Assembly: GCA_963718565.1 (NCBI GenBank)
Contig: OY970364.1
Coordinates: 224,001 to 288,000, forward strand
Reading direction: 5' to 3'
Source: an uncultured Verrucomicrobiae bacterium
GTDB taxonomy: Bacteria; Chlamydiota; Chlamydiia; Chlamydiales; Rhabdochlamydiaceae
Length of the DNA: 64,000 bases
The notes under the pieces: model-generated
What the model saw: only the letters and a program-made list of their open reading frames with translations
The model's database searches: none
What the model was told of the DNA's origin: nothing
Part shown: piece after piece, positions 1 through 9,485 of the stretch
Layout: each line of letters begins with the position of its first letter
Numbering within the stretch: the first letter of the stretch is position 1
Position numbers and translations under genes: made by a program

Positions 1-143
1 TCATGGAAAAATTGATTTGTCTAGAGCTGCAAAACTTTTCTTATGTATTAAAAAAGGTAGTATCTATTTGTTAATCTTTTTCTCTGGAAATCCGCCCTTG
101 GCAGATGCTATGATTTATTAGAAAATCCTCAATAAGAGTCGCT

Positions 144-725
144 ATGAAAAACATCGAACACCCGCCGATTATACGGACGGACAGACTGGTGCTTAGGCAA
201 TGGAGCAGCGCAGACCTGGAGCCGTTCGCCAGCATGAATGCCGACCCTAGAGTCAGAGAATACTTTCCCGGCTTGCAGACCAGGGAAGAGAGCAACCATT
301 CCGTCTCCCTCGCGTCAAACCATATTGAAAAATTCGGATGGGGGTTCTGGGCGGCCTCACTTGCTGAAACGGGTGAATTCATCGGCTTTATTGGACTGGA
401 GGATGTCTACTTTCAAGCTAAATTCGTCCCGGCTGTTGAAATAGGATGGAGGCTGGCATTCAAGCATTGGGGGAAAGGATATGCCACAGAGGGGGCTTTA
501 GCCTGCCTACGCTATGGTTTTGAAACGCTTAAACTGAATGAAATAGTTTCCTTCACGCCTGTTGAAAATACCAGATCACGCGCAGTAATGCAGAAAATCG
601 GCATGCATCATGACTCAAAAGACGATTTCGACCATCCGAAACTTCCAGAAGGGCATCCGCTAAAGCGCCACGTTCTCTACCGCTTGGAAGGAGATGAATG
701 GAGGAAACAGCACAGGACGTCATGA
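144..725 (+). CDS. GNAT N-acetyltransferase, RimJ/RimL type
   Basis: TDRLVLRQW start, EIGWRL..HWGKGYATE acetyl-CoA motif, N.RS.AVMQKIGM. Confidence 0.9.
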   Translation: MKNIEHPPIIRTDRLVLRQWSSADLEPFASMNADPRVREYFPGLQTREESNHSVSLASNHIEKFGWGFWAASLAETGEFIGFIGLEDVYFQAKFVPAVEIGWRLAFKHWGKGYATEGALACLRYGFETLKLNEIVSFTPVENTRSRAVMQKIGMHHDSKDDFDHPKLPEGHPLKRHVLYRLEGDEWRKQHRTS

Positions 726-2668
726 GCAAATATACATTCAAACCTTACAGCCCGTTATTTCCTAGCCTGTTTATAAAAGAAAAGGCTCGGATTGCCCCCC
801 ATTTGCACTTTCCTGCGTCCATTGAACATGTTGGGAGCACGGCCGTCCCTGGACTGGGCGGAAAAGGCATTATCGATATAGCCATTGCAGTTGAGAAAGA
901 CTGCATGGAGGCAGCAAAAAGCAAGCTCCAAGAGCTCGGCTATGAATTCCGTTCTTCTTTCAGCACGCCAGATCGCTTTTATTTCATCATCTACCTACCG
1001 GATCCAGAAGAGAGCAGTAGAAGGTATCATGTCCACCTGACTTACTCTGAAAGTAAAGAATGGAAAGAGCTGGTAGGCTTCCGAGACTTCCTTCTAAGCG
1101 ATTCTGAAGCCCTTCAGGAATACGCCGAACTGAAAAAGGACGCAGCGCTTACGGCGGATCAGAACGGAGAAAAATACAGGAAAATGAAAGAGCCGATGTT
1201 TCAAAAATTCAGAGCCTGGGTTGAAAAGAATATAACAGAAAAACGCTCTCTTTCAACTCAATCCATTATTGATTGCTTAAAAGCTAATTACGGCCTTGCA
1301 ATTACTGCGCTTATGCTTCTTCCTTTAGGGGCGGATATGAATGCGTCAGTCTATAAGGCTGAAACACAGAGTAGCCAGTCTTATTTCGTAAAGCTGAAAC
1401 GCGGCCATCGCTATAATATGAGCGTTGCAATATTAGCCTTGCTGCAAGCTTCAGGAATTCAACAGATCATTCCTCCTATCAAAACAACCAATGGCGAGCT
1501 GACTCAGCACATCAATGATTTCACTCTTACTGTATACCCATTTGTCGATGGACAGAACGGATTTTGCTATAACCTAACGGACGATCAATGGATTGCTCTC
1601 GGCAAAGTATTGAGGCAGGTGCATGAATTCGATGTGCCGTCTTCAATCAGAGATTTGATCAGGAAAGAAGCCTATTCTGATAAATGGCGCAAAGCAGTTC
1701 GAGCACTCGATGCTCATATTGATAAAACCCTAAATTCTGATGAAACGGCTTTGAAGCTGCAATCATTTATGAGAGAACACAGGGCCGTAATCCATCATCT
1801 GGTAGATCGGGCTGAAGCTTTAAGCCAAAAGATACAGGAACAATCGCCAGAATTCGTGCTGTGCCATTCAGATATTCACGGCGGCAACGTGCTGATCGAT
1901 GAAAACGGTTCCATCTTCATAGTGGATTGGGACGATCCTATTATGGCTCCCAAAGAGCGCGATCTCATGTTTGTTGGCGGAGGGGTAGCTAATGTCTGGA
2001 ATAATCCCCGAGAAGAAGAATTTTTTTATAAAGGATATGGAAAGACTGAAATTGACCGGCTAATCCTAGCTTATTACCGGCATGAGCGTATCGTGGAAGA
2101 TATTGCAGAGTACGGACAAGCGCTGCTTTTGACGCTGGACAGAGGCGAGGACAGGCTGGAAATGTTCGAACAGTTTAAGGGCATGTTTGAACCCAATGGC
2201 GTGGTAGACATAGCATTAAAAACAGATATCGATCCTCAGGCACGCCTCATATTCTCTGAAAAAGAAAGAAAAGTAGCGCTTGATTTTAGGCAGAAACATT
2301 TTTTTGATCGGTTGAAAATTCAAGATCCCTATGCTTGGGCATTAGATCAGAAAGATCATCTTCATTGGCTCTTATATGATGGAGATGAAGTTATTGGGTA
2401 TGCCCATGTGCAAATGTGGCCGGATCATAGGGCGGCTCTGCGCATCATAGTCATCGATGAGCAAAGACGCGGGCAGGGAATGGGAAAATACTTGATGGAT
2501 CATTGCGAGCAAGAATTGAAACAACGAGGCGCAACCATTCTCCAAACAGAAGCTTCCCCCAATGCTTATCTTTTTTACAAGAAACTTGGGTACATAGAAA
2601 TGCTATTCAATAATCCGGATGGAGAGCCTACCCACCCTGATGATCGGGCAATGGGGAAATATTTATGA
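698..2668 (+). CDS. Three-domain fusion: GrpB-like nucleotidyltransferase fold + APH(9)-like phosphotransferase + GNAT (probable start 722)
   Basis: IEHVGSTAVPGL.GK.IIDI (GrpB); LCHSDIHGGNVL and IVDWDD (APH/choline kinase); QRRGQGMG..FYKKLGY (GNAT). Confidence 0.8.
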   Translation: MEETAQDVMSKYTFKPYSPLFPSLFIKEKARIAPHLHFPASIEHVGSTAVPGLGGKGIIDIAIAVEKDCMEAAKSKLQELGYEFRSSFSTPDRFYFIIYLPDPEESSRRYHVHLTYSESKEWKELVGFRDFLLSDSEALQEYAELKKDAALTADQNGEKYRKMKEPMFQKFRAWVEKNITEKRSLSTQSIIDCLKANYGLAITALMLLPLGADMNASVYKAETQSSQSYFVKLKRGHRYNMSVAILALLQASGIQQIIPPIKTTNGELTQHINDFTLTVYPFVDGQNGFCYNLTDDQWIALGKVLRQVHEFDVPSSIRDLIRKEAYSDKWRKAVRALDAHIDKTLNSDETALKLQSFMREHRAVIHHLVDRAEALSQKIQEQSPEFVLCHSDIHGGNVLIDENGSIFIVDWDDPIMAPKERDLMFVGGGVANVWNNPREEEFFYKGYGKTEIDRLILAYYRHERIVEDIAEYGQALLLTLDRGEDRLEMFEQFKGMFEPNGVVDIALKTDIDPQARLIFSEKERKVALDFRQKHFFDRLKIQDPYAWALDQKDHLHWLLYDGDEVIGYAHVQMWPDHRAALRIIVIDEQRRGQGMGKYLMDHCEQELKQRGATILQTEASPNAYLFYKKLGYIEMLFNNPDGEPTHPDDRAMGKYL

Positions 2669-4431
2669 GCCGTATGAACTCGCGCGTTAGAAAGTTTTTT
2701 TCATACTACAAACCTTATCTTGGGCTTTTCAGCGCAGATATGGCTTGCGCGGTGATTGCTTCCGCAGCAATGCTTGCTATCCCGTTATGTGTCCGATACA
2801 TCACTACTAATTTGCTGCAGGTTGGCTCCACGGATGCCCTTCATCAAATCTATATGATGGGCGGCATTATGCTTGGTCTGATTGCTATTTACGCAGCATG
2901 CCATGCCTTTATTGACTATAAAGGGCATGTAATGGGCGCCTTGATGGAAAGAGATATGCGAAGCGAGCTGTTTGATCACTATCAAAAGCTCTCTTTCAAA
3001 TTTTATGATGAGCATAAAACCGGCCAGCTCATGACTCGCATTTCCCACGACACATTCGATCTTGCAGAACTCTACCATCACGGTCCCGAAGACGCAGTCA
3101 TTTCCTTTTTGAATTTCATCGGGGCATTTGTCATCTTGATGAGCATCAATGCCAAACTTGCTCTTATCGCCTTTCTTTTTGTTCCTGTTATGGGAATCTA
3201 TGGATTTTATACGGCCAAGAAAATGTACGCTGCATTAAAGAAAAGCAGCGACAAAATCGGAGATATCAATGCGCAAGTAGAGGACACTCTTGCAGGAATT
3301 AGAGTAGTCAAATCCTTTACTAATGAAGAAATCGAAAAGAAAAAATTCGCCTCTGAAAATAATCGTTTCCTTGAAAGCAGGCGAAAAGGTTATAAGGCCG
3401 AGGCTTATTTCTATGACGGGCTGATCTCTTTTACTCAGCTCATGACCGTCGCCATTGTCATTTTTGGAGCAGCAAGCATCGTTAAAGGCTCTTTAGATCT
3501 GGCTGATCTGCTCACTTTTCTTCTGTACATCGTTATCCTAATAGAGCCGATTCAACGCCTTGGCAATTTTATTCGGTTATATCAGCAGGGCGTTACCGGG
3601 TTTAACCGATTTATGGATGTTTTGGAAGTTGAACCGGACATTGAAGATGCACCGAACGCTGAGGGGCTGGATCAAGTTCGGGGAGAGATAGAATTCAAAA
3701 CGGTCAGCTTTAAATATAGAGAGGGCTATGACCATGTTTTAAAAAATATCTCCCTGAAAATAAATGTTGGAGAATACGTAGCCCTAGTTGGATTTTCAGG
3801 AGTTGGAAAGACGACTCTTTGCTCTTTGATTCCAAGGTTTTATGAGGCTAGCGAAGGGAAAATATTGGTCGACGGCCGAGATATTAAAAGTCTTAAGCTT
3901 ACATCGCTGAGGAAAAATATCGGCCTTGTCCAGCAGGATATCTATCTTTTTGCAGGAACGGTTTTGGAAAACATCCGCTACGGAAAACCTGATGCAACAG
4001 AAGAAGAAATCATCGCCGCAGCCAAACAGGCCAATGCGCATGATTTTATTATGATGCTCCCAAATGGGTATTCTACAGACATTGGCCAGCGCGGAGTTAA
4101 ACTTTCCGGAGGACAAAAGCAAAGGATCAGCATCGCTCGTGTCTTTCTAAAAAATCCGCCTATTATCATTTTCGACGAAGCCACTAGCAGTCTTGATAAC
4201 GAAAGCGAAAGAGCTGTGCAGAGTTCCATTGAAAGATTGATGAAGAATCGCACAACGCTTGTCATAGCGCACCGCTTGTCAACTATCAGAAATGCTCAGA
4301 GAATTCTTGTGCTGACAGATAAAGGGATTGAAGAACAAGGCACGCATGAGGAGCTTATCGCTTTAGATAAGACTTACGCCAGCCTGTATAATATGCAGCT
4401 AAGAATCGAAGATACTGGAGAAAGCACATAG
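2665..4431 (+). CDS. ABC exporter, fused TMD + NBD (MsbA/MdlB-like)
   Basis: N-terminal TM helices, GFSGVGKT Walker A, LSGGQ signature, IIIFDEAT Walker B, IAHRLST. Confidence 0.95.
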   Translation: MSRMNSRVRKFFSYYKPYLGLFSADMACAVIASAAMLAIPLCVRYITTNLLQVGSTDALHQIYMMGGIMLGLIAIYAACHAFIDYKGHVMGALMERDMRSELFDHYQKLSFKFYDEHKTGQLMTRISHDTFDLAELYHHGPEDAVISFLNFIGAFVILMSINAKLALIAFLFVPVMGIYGFYTAKKMYAALKKSSDKIGDINAQVEDTLAGIRVVKSFTNEEIEKKKFASENNRFLESRRKGYKAEAYFYDGLISFTQLMTVAIVIFGAASIVKGSLDLADLLTFLLYIVILIEPIQRLGNFIRLYQQGVTGFNRFMDVLEVEPDIEDAPNAEGLDQVRGEIEFKTVSFKYREGYDHVLKNISLKINVGEYVALVGFSGVGKTTLCSLIPRFYEASEGKILVDGRDIKSLKLTSLRKNIGLVQQDIYLFAGTVLENIRYGKPDATEEEIIAAAKQANAHDFIMMLPNGYSTDIGQRGVKLSGGQKQRISIARVFLKNPPIIIFDEATSSLDNESERAVQSSIERLMKNRTTLVIAHRLSTIRNAQRILVLTDKGIEEQGTHEELIALDKTYASLYNMQLRIEDTGEST

Positions 4432-4433
4432 AA

Positions 4434-5327
4434 ATGGCACCTCTTATTTCGCTTTATAAAGAGCGTTTAAATCTTCCTGAAGCTCAATTCACCTTCATAG
4501 ACCATGAAGATGCAATGGTAGCTGCAGTATTTAAAATCTCTCAGCCCGGAAACTCTGATCTGATTTTGAAAGTTTGCTCTCGAAAAGGAGACTTTTTAAG
4601 AGAGTCTTATTTCTTAAGCCGTTTTGCCGGCAAGATTCCAGTGCCGAAGATCATCCAGCTTATAGAACAAGAAGCTGGGCTGGATGCAGCTGTTTTGATG
4701 GAATACATTCAGGGCGATCTTCTTAAATCGAAAACAGTCACTAATGCTTTGGCATGGGAAGTCGGCTTGCTTCTTGCCCGTATCCACATCGAGCATGCTG
4801 AAGGCTATGGAGACCTGACAGATCCATCCCAGTTGAGCGGTGACCCTCGAATCCCTTTTACAATGAAATTCGAAGAGGGGTTAGAAGAATGCAAAGGCCA
4901 TCTGCCAGAGAGCCTGCTTGAAACATGCAGGCGCCATTTCGATAAAGACATCGATCTTCTTTTGTCCGCCGATGGCCCCTGCGTTATACACCGCGATTTC
5001 CGACCCGGCAACCTTATCGCTTCTGATGGAAAAGTGCGAGGAATTATCGACTGGTCTTCCGGCAGGGGAGGATTCGCTGAGGATGATTTCTGTCCATTGG
5101 AATTCGGAGAGTGGCCCGCAGGCTGTAAAAACGCCTTCTTAGAAGGATACTCTTCTGTCAGAAAGGTTCCTGACTACAAGCCAATGATGCCTCTTTTGCG
5201 CTTAAGCAGAGCGATTGCGGCGGTCGGCTTCACTGTCAAAAGAGGAACTTGGGAATCCAGAAACTCAAAACTTTATCAATTCAATCTCAGCTATCTTGAA
5301 TCTCTTCCCATCGGAGAGAAAGCATGA
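4434..5327 (+). CDS. Aminoglycoside phosphotransferase/choline kinase family protein
   Basis: HRDFRPGN Brenner motif, GIIDW. Confidence 0.85.
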   Translation: MAPLISLYKERLNLPEAQFTFIDHEDAMVAAVFKISQPGNSDLILKVCSRKGDFLRESYFLSRFAGKIPVPKIIQLIEQEAGLDAAVLMEYIQGDLLKSKTVTNALAWEVGLLLARIHIEHAEGYGDLTDPSQLSGDPRIPFTMKFEEGLEECKGHLPESLLETCRRHFDKDIDLLLSADGPCVIHRDFRPGNLIASDGKVRGIIDWSSGRGGFAEDDFCPLEFGEWPAGCKNAFLEGYSSVRKVPDYKPMMPLLRLSRAIAAVGFTVKRGTWESRNSKLYQFNLSYLESLPIGEKA

Positions 5328-5366
5328 TGTTCGCATATTTGGAAAGAGCAACCTTCTTTTTTAATC

Positions 5367-6431
5367 TCAAAAATCACCAAAAAATCTGTTGTTTAGCGCT
5401 GTAGATAAGGATTGGATGTGTATATTCGAAAGATGGGCATATCTCTTGGTCATTTGGACGGTTTTATGGCCGAGGAGAGTTCCAATCTCAAGCAAGCTGG
5501 CTTGGTTCATGGCTAAATAGGAAGCTGCTGTATGGCGAAGATCATGGAATCGAAAGTTAGAAATACTTGCTTTTTCAAGTGCAGTTTCCCAGGCGGAGCG
5601 AATATCGATCGGTTTTGATGGAGAATGTGGAGCGGGGAATACAAGGGAAGTTGCAGACTGATTGGCATATCGAGATTTGAGTAGATCTAGCGCAATGCCA
5701 ACAAGGGGGACAAAACGGCGTTCTCCATTTTTGGTTGTCTGCAAAAGAATAGCTCCTCGATCCAGATCGACATCACCCCACTTGAGATTGAGGATTTCTC
5801 CTCGTCTCATCCCTGTAGAAAGAGCGAGTATAACAACAGGGTAGAGTCCTTTTGATTCACTCTCTTGGCAAGCTCTGATAAGCCTTGTTCGTTCTTCATC
5901 GCTTAAGAAGCGAGTCCGTTCGTTTGAAATTTTCGGTTTAGAGATCTTGAGGATGGGATTTTCTTGCATCCACTCCCAATCCCTCACAGCAACAGAAAAA
6001 GCATGAGACAGACTCGCTAGGTAGCGAACGACAGTGGTTGGAGAACGGGGTCTATTTTTACATGTGAGACTTGAGAGAAGATCGTCACGTTTTTTGGAGA
6101 TGAGATTAGGTTTGATATCAGAAAGGAGATAGCTTCCTAGCTCTTGTTTCCACCAAAGAAGATGCTGGCGCACATTGCGGGCGTTTTTTGGTTTGGTGAG
6201 TAAAACTTTTTCGATATAGCGATCGATCAGTTCGGAGAGAGTATGTCTGCTCCCTGGCTTCTCATAAGCGAAAGCGCCTCGTTCGATGGCCGATTCGGTA
6301 TCGCGTTTCCATTTCATGGCGAGGGTTTTGGAAGAGAAAGATTGGATGATTACCGGATTCCCTTTGATGCGAACGCGGGCGCGGTAGGAGACTGTCCCGT
6401 CTTTATGGGTGCGTTTGTCGATGCCTTTCAC
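5367..6431 (-). CDS. int: Tyrosine integrase of element 1
   Basis: GMRRGEI, TKNG, FHDLRH, LGH, RYAH catalytic set; GTG start at 6431 inferred from the near-identical copy at 46343-47410. Confidence 0.93.
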   Translation of the reverse strand: MKGIDKRTHKDGTVSYRARVRIKGNPVIIQSFSSKTLAMKWKRDTESAIERGAFAYEKPGSRHTLSELIDRYIEKVLLTKPKNARNVRQHLLWWKQELGSYLLSDIKPNLISKKRDDLLSSLTCKNRPRSPTTVVRYLASLSHAFSVAVRDWEWMQENPILKISKPKISNERTRFLSDEERTRLIRACQESESKGLYPVVILALSTGMRRGEILNLKWGDVDLDRGAILLQTTKNGERRFVPLVGIALDLLKSRYANQSATSLVFPAPHSPSKPIDIRSAWETALEKASISNFRFHDLRHTAASYLAMNQASLLEIGTLLGHKTVQMTKRYAHLSNIHIQSLSTALNNRFFGDF

Positions 6432-6496
6432 AAGCTTACCTTTGGTTTGAGTTTTCAAAGGTTAGCTGCTGGGGTTATCGCCAATTGTTGTAGGCG

Positions 6497-6520
6497 AGTG
6501 GTCCACAAATGGTCCACGGA
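6497..6520 (+). repeat. Putative integrase arm-binding site type A (AGTGGTCCACAAATGGTCCACGGA)
   Basis: Tandem TGGTCCAC at 11-bp spacing; identical 24-mer at 21249-21272 and 47477-47500. Confidence 0.75.
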
Positions 6521-6599
6521 GAGAAATCGCACTTTGGGTTGGTTTTGATGTTATTGCATAACCAGCTCATTTTTAGTGCAATAAGCTCAAAAAGAAATG

Positions 6600-6646
6600 T
6601 GGGGCAACCTGGACTTGAACCAGGGACCGACGGGTTATGAGTCCGC
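6600..6646 (-). other. att site: tRNA(CAT) 3' half (junction of elements 1 and 2)
   Basis: 47 bp identical to 47580-47626; identity stops at the 5' strand of the anticodon stem. Confidence 0.93.
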
Positions 6647-6756
6647 GGTGTGCCTCCAATTGGCAATCAATCGCATTAACTAACAGCAGACAGTTTAGCG
6701 GGTTACGAGATTTCAATCTATTGCGATCTTGAGCGATTTGTTGTGGTGTTTGGGAC

Positions 6757-6779
6757 TTTAGTGGTCATCCAGTGGTCAT
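6757..6779 (+). repeat. Putative arm-binding site type B (TTTAGTGGTCATCCAGTGGTCAT)
   Basis: 21/23 match to 21002-21024; tandem TGGTCA at 11-bp spacing. Confidence 0.7.
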
Positions 6780-6851
6780 TTGAGGAGTCTGGCCTATGCC
6801 CGGAAGAGCAACCCCGAAGAACCCCGAAGCCAAAAACTTCGGGGTTGGTTT

Positions 6852-8210
6852 TCAGGGTTCAGTTTTAGGTAAAATAAAGACTTTTAAAGGGTCAAAAGGA
6901 CCTTTGGAGAGTTCGACTAGCAAGGCTTCTTTGCAAAGGGACTTAAGCCGAATGCTAGCTGTTCTGTCGCTAACACTCCAAAGTTTTGTTGCTTCAATGA
7001 CCGAGATACGTTGATGCTGCCGCAGATAAGCAATCAGGGATTCTTGCCACGGTTGTTTTGGTTTAGATTGGACTGCTATCGGATAGAGGGTCACTCTAAA
7101 AAAGAGATCGAGTTCTTCAAATTTAGGCGAAGTTCCTCCTGATGCAAGGCAAACATCGCGCATACGCGCCAGTCCCGATCCCCATTGCTCGATGAGACGG
7201 AGTTCTCTAAAAACCCTTCCCAAGACGCGATTGCGGAGTTGAGAAACACCTGAAAGAGCAGTTTCTAAGCTTAACCCTAGGGGGAGGGGGCCAGGGTTGG
7301 TGATCTCCATGCGATCATCAAAGATCGCAATTTGGATGCAGGAGCGCATTGTCGAATAATCAGAATGTAGGACAGCATTGATGACAGCCTCACGCACGGC
7401 TTCATGCGGATACTGAGGAATGTCCTCTCTTCGCATAGCCTGGATGACAGCTTTCATTGAAGTGTTACGACGAATGAAGGCGAGAGCTTCATCAATAGCA
7501 ACAGGAAGAGGACTCTTGATGTCTAGATGGTCAATGGCACTTGATTTGGTTGTTCCTTCAAATCTGATGAGGCGAATAAATGGATCGGGGAACAATTCGT
7601 CGCGCCTTTTGCCGAAAAGCAATAAGCCCCCTTTGGTTGGATAGGTGTGTTCGTGATAGTCCGCAACAAGTTCGAGTGACCTAGCATTTGATTTCGTGCA
7701 AGATTTGCCGACAGGCGATAAGAGCTGATTCGCTAAATGTAAGTCTAGATCGTCAGGGGAGGCTCTCAAATCAGGAAGTTGATCGAATGAGATGTGTTCT
7801 TTCAATCGCTTGATTTCTGCGATCATGGAGGCATCTGCAATACGATTTGTCGATCCAAGGCGCACATAAACTCCGTTATTTTCTCCTTTATCTTTAAGAT
7901 AAAAAGGACCCAGATTGTGGGGCACGGTAAGGATCAATACGTCTTTCTCTCTCCAAGAAATGAACTGGATGTTGGGTAGGAGCGTTGGAGCTACGGAATC
8001 AGCGATAGCATTTGCAATGCGCTCTTCGTCTTGTAGAATGTTTGCAATTCCAATGACGTTTTTTGTCTTATCTTGGATGCCAATAACAAGCGTGCCGCCA
8101 GCAGTATTAGCAAAAGCGACGACCGTTTGGACGATTTTGGAAAGGGTATGGGCATTTTCTTTGAATTCAAGCGTCTTGCTTTCAGACTTTGAGAGCAACT
8201 CTTCTAGCAC
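6852..8210 (-). CDS. Schlafen/AlbA_2 + HATPase_c_4 (RecG-C-like) + C-terminal HTH protein
   Basis: ESKTLEFKE..VAFANTAGG.LVIGI; REAVINAVLHSDY..IFDDRMEITNPG; IEQWGSG. Confidence 0.85.
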   Translation of the reverse strand: MLEELLSKSESKTLEFKENAHTLSKIVQTVVAFANTAGGTLVIGIQDKTKNVIGIANILQDEERIANAIADSVAPTLLPNIQFISWREKDVLILTVPHNLGPFYLKDKGENNGVYVRLGSTNRIADASMIAEIKRLKEHISFDQLPDLRASPDDLDLHLANQLLSPVGKSCTKSNARSLELVADYHEHTYPTKGGLLLFGKRRDELFPDPFIRLIRFEGTTKSSAIDHLDIKSPLPVAIDEALAFIRRNTSMKAVIQAMRREDIPQYPHEAVREAVINAVLHSDYSTMRSCIQIAIFDDRMEITNPGPLPLGLSLETALSGVSQLRNRVLGRVFRELRLIEQWGSGLARMRDVCLASGGTSPKFEELDLFFRVTLYPIAVQSKPKQPWQESLIAYLRQHQRISVIEATKLWSVSDRTASIRLKSLCKEALLVELSKGPFDPLKVFILPKTEP

Positions 8211-8659
8211 GGAATCCTCTCTTGTAGAGTCGACAATTTTTCTAGTAGCTCTTTAGGATAATGTGAGAGCAATTCAAGCGTTTTGTTTAGGTTCGCCCAT
8301 TGAAATTGGATGTGTTCATCACTTAGTTGAATGTTGCTATTCTTAGGAATTGTGCAGAGGTAGGTTGCAAAAATGAGCCCTACATCAGCACCAGTTGGTG
8401 CGACAATACGGATGTTTGTTAAAACCATCATAAAAGGGCGTACATCAAGGAGAGTTGCTATGCCTGTTTCTTCAAGAACTTCTCGTTTAAGAGTGGTTTC
8501 TAAGTGTTCTCCTTTCTGGATACGTCCGCCTGGGATGTCCCAACGAGCTTCTCTGGTGTTCCTAGATTTGTTAGGGTTTAGTTGCAATAAAAGTAATTGA
8601 CCACTTTCATTGTGAATCAGAGCTTTTGCGCCCAGATGGAAACAATCTTCTTGTGCCAT
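8204..8659 (-). CDS. NUDIX hydrolase
   Basis: Nudix box GGRIQKGE..TLKREVLEETGI. Confidence 0.92.
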   Translation of the reverse strand: MAQEDCFHLGAKALIHNESGQLLLLQLNPNKSRNTREARWDIPGGRIQKGEHLETTLKREVLEETGIATLLDVRPFMMVLTNIRIVAPTGADVGLIFATYLCTIPKNSNIQLSDEHIQFQWANLNKTLELLSHYPKELLEKLSTLQERIPC

Positions 8660-8672
8660 GAAAATCTACCTT

Positions 8673-9485
8673 TCAATTTCTCTTGCGTCGTTTTGGTATG
8701 ATTGCCCTAGGGGATTTGCGAGGCTGCCACCCTTGGTGTTGTGTCTGCAGTTCTCTTAACTCTGCTTCCTGCGCGAGCTTATCGTAAGTATTAATATACT
8801 CACGAATTGGGTCTGGAAGTACTCTAGGCTGTTTCATGACCGTTGTTACGAAATCCTGGCGCGATACTGCAACCATCACAGCACGTTTTTTGGTTCGCCC
8901 TGGCAACAAACACCATAAGGTATTGCGCATCAAATCTTTTGAGTCGTTCGGTAAAGTACCCAGGAAATCAAAAATAACCATCACCGAACTCTCGATCCAT
9001 GCGATAGGAAAACATTCTTCAGGGAAATGAACCAAGAAGAACCCTTGTTTGTGTCCACGTATAAAGTTCTTCTTTCCTTCAAAAAAGCGGGGATAATCTC
9101 TCTTCAGACGTGTGCCATCAACAACCCACACCATATTCTGATAAAAGGTCTCACGTGCGGTTCGTTCCTGAGGGTCTAAATGCGAATGCTGAAACTCAAT
9201 CACTAACCCTTGATCAGTTTTCACATCAGCTCTATGTTCTTCGCCATTCTCAGCAGGATGAATCACCTCATGCCATTCCTTAGGAAACTTATTTTTCCAC
9301 TCGCAGTGCCACGGGGTTTCTGGCTCCCACCATGAATCACGTTCGCGTTCTCCAACGAGAGCCCAATGCGAGCTTCTCAATGTTCCACACTTTGCTATAA
9401 CAGGAAGACCGGTGATTTCGCATGTGCCAGTAAGACCTGATTTGGCTTCTTGACGTTCGCCATTTACTAATATAATGGTCCCCAA
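8673..9485 (-). CDS. CoiA-like PD-(D/E)XK nuclease; native N-terminus replaced by the IS3 end
   Basis: WWEPETPWH..WK, HRADV..VIEFQHS, RE.FY.NMVWVVDG; the first five codons lie inside the IS left IR. Confidence 0.75.
   Translation of the reverse strand: MGTIILVNGERQEAKSGLTGTCEITGLPVIAKCGTLRSSHWALVGERERDSWWEPETPWHCEWKNKFPKEWHEVIHPAENGEEHRADVKTDQGLVIEFQHSHLDPQERTARETFYQNMVWVVDGTRLKRDYPRFFEGKKNFIRGHKQGFFLVHFPEECFPIAWIESSVMVIFDFLGTLPNDSKDLMRNTLWCLLPGRTKKRAVMVAVSRQDFVTTVMKQPRVLPDPIREYINTYDKLAQEAELRELQTQHQGWQPRKSPRAIIPKRRKRN

Larger units (their letters stand above)
1..6646. mobile_element. Integrative element 1 (tRNA-distal; left end outside the window)
   Basis: tRNA 3'-half copy at 6600-6646 with an adjacent tyrosine integrase (5367-6431) and an arm-type repeat at 6497-6520; accessory cargo to the left. 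Confidence 0.75.

Noticed and set aside
6600..6646. Additional tRNA genes at 6600 and 21096
   Set aside because: The D-arm and 5' acceptor strand are missing; these are att remnants
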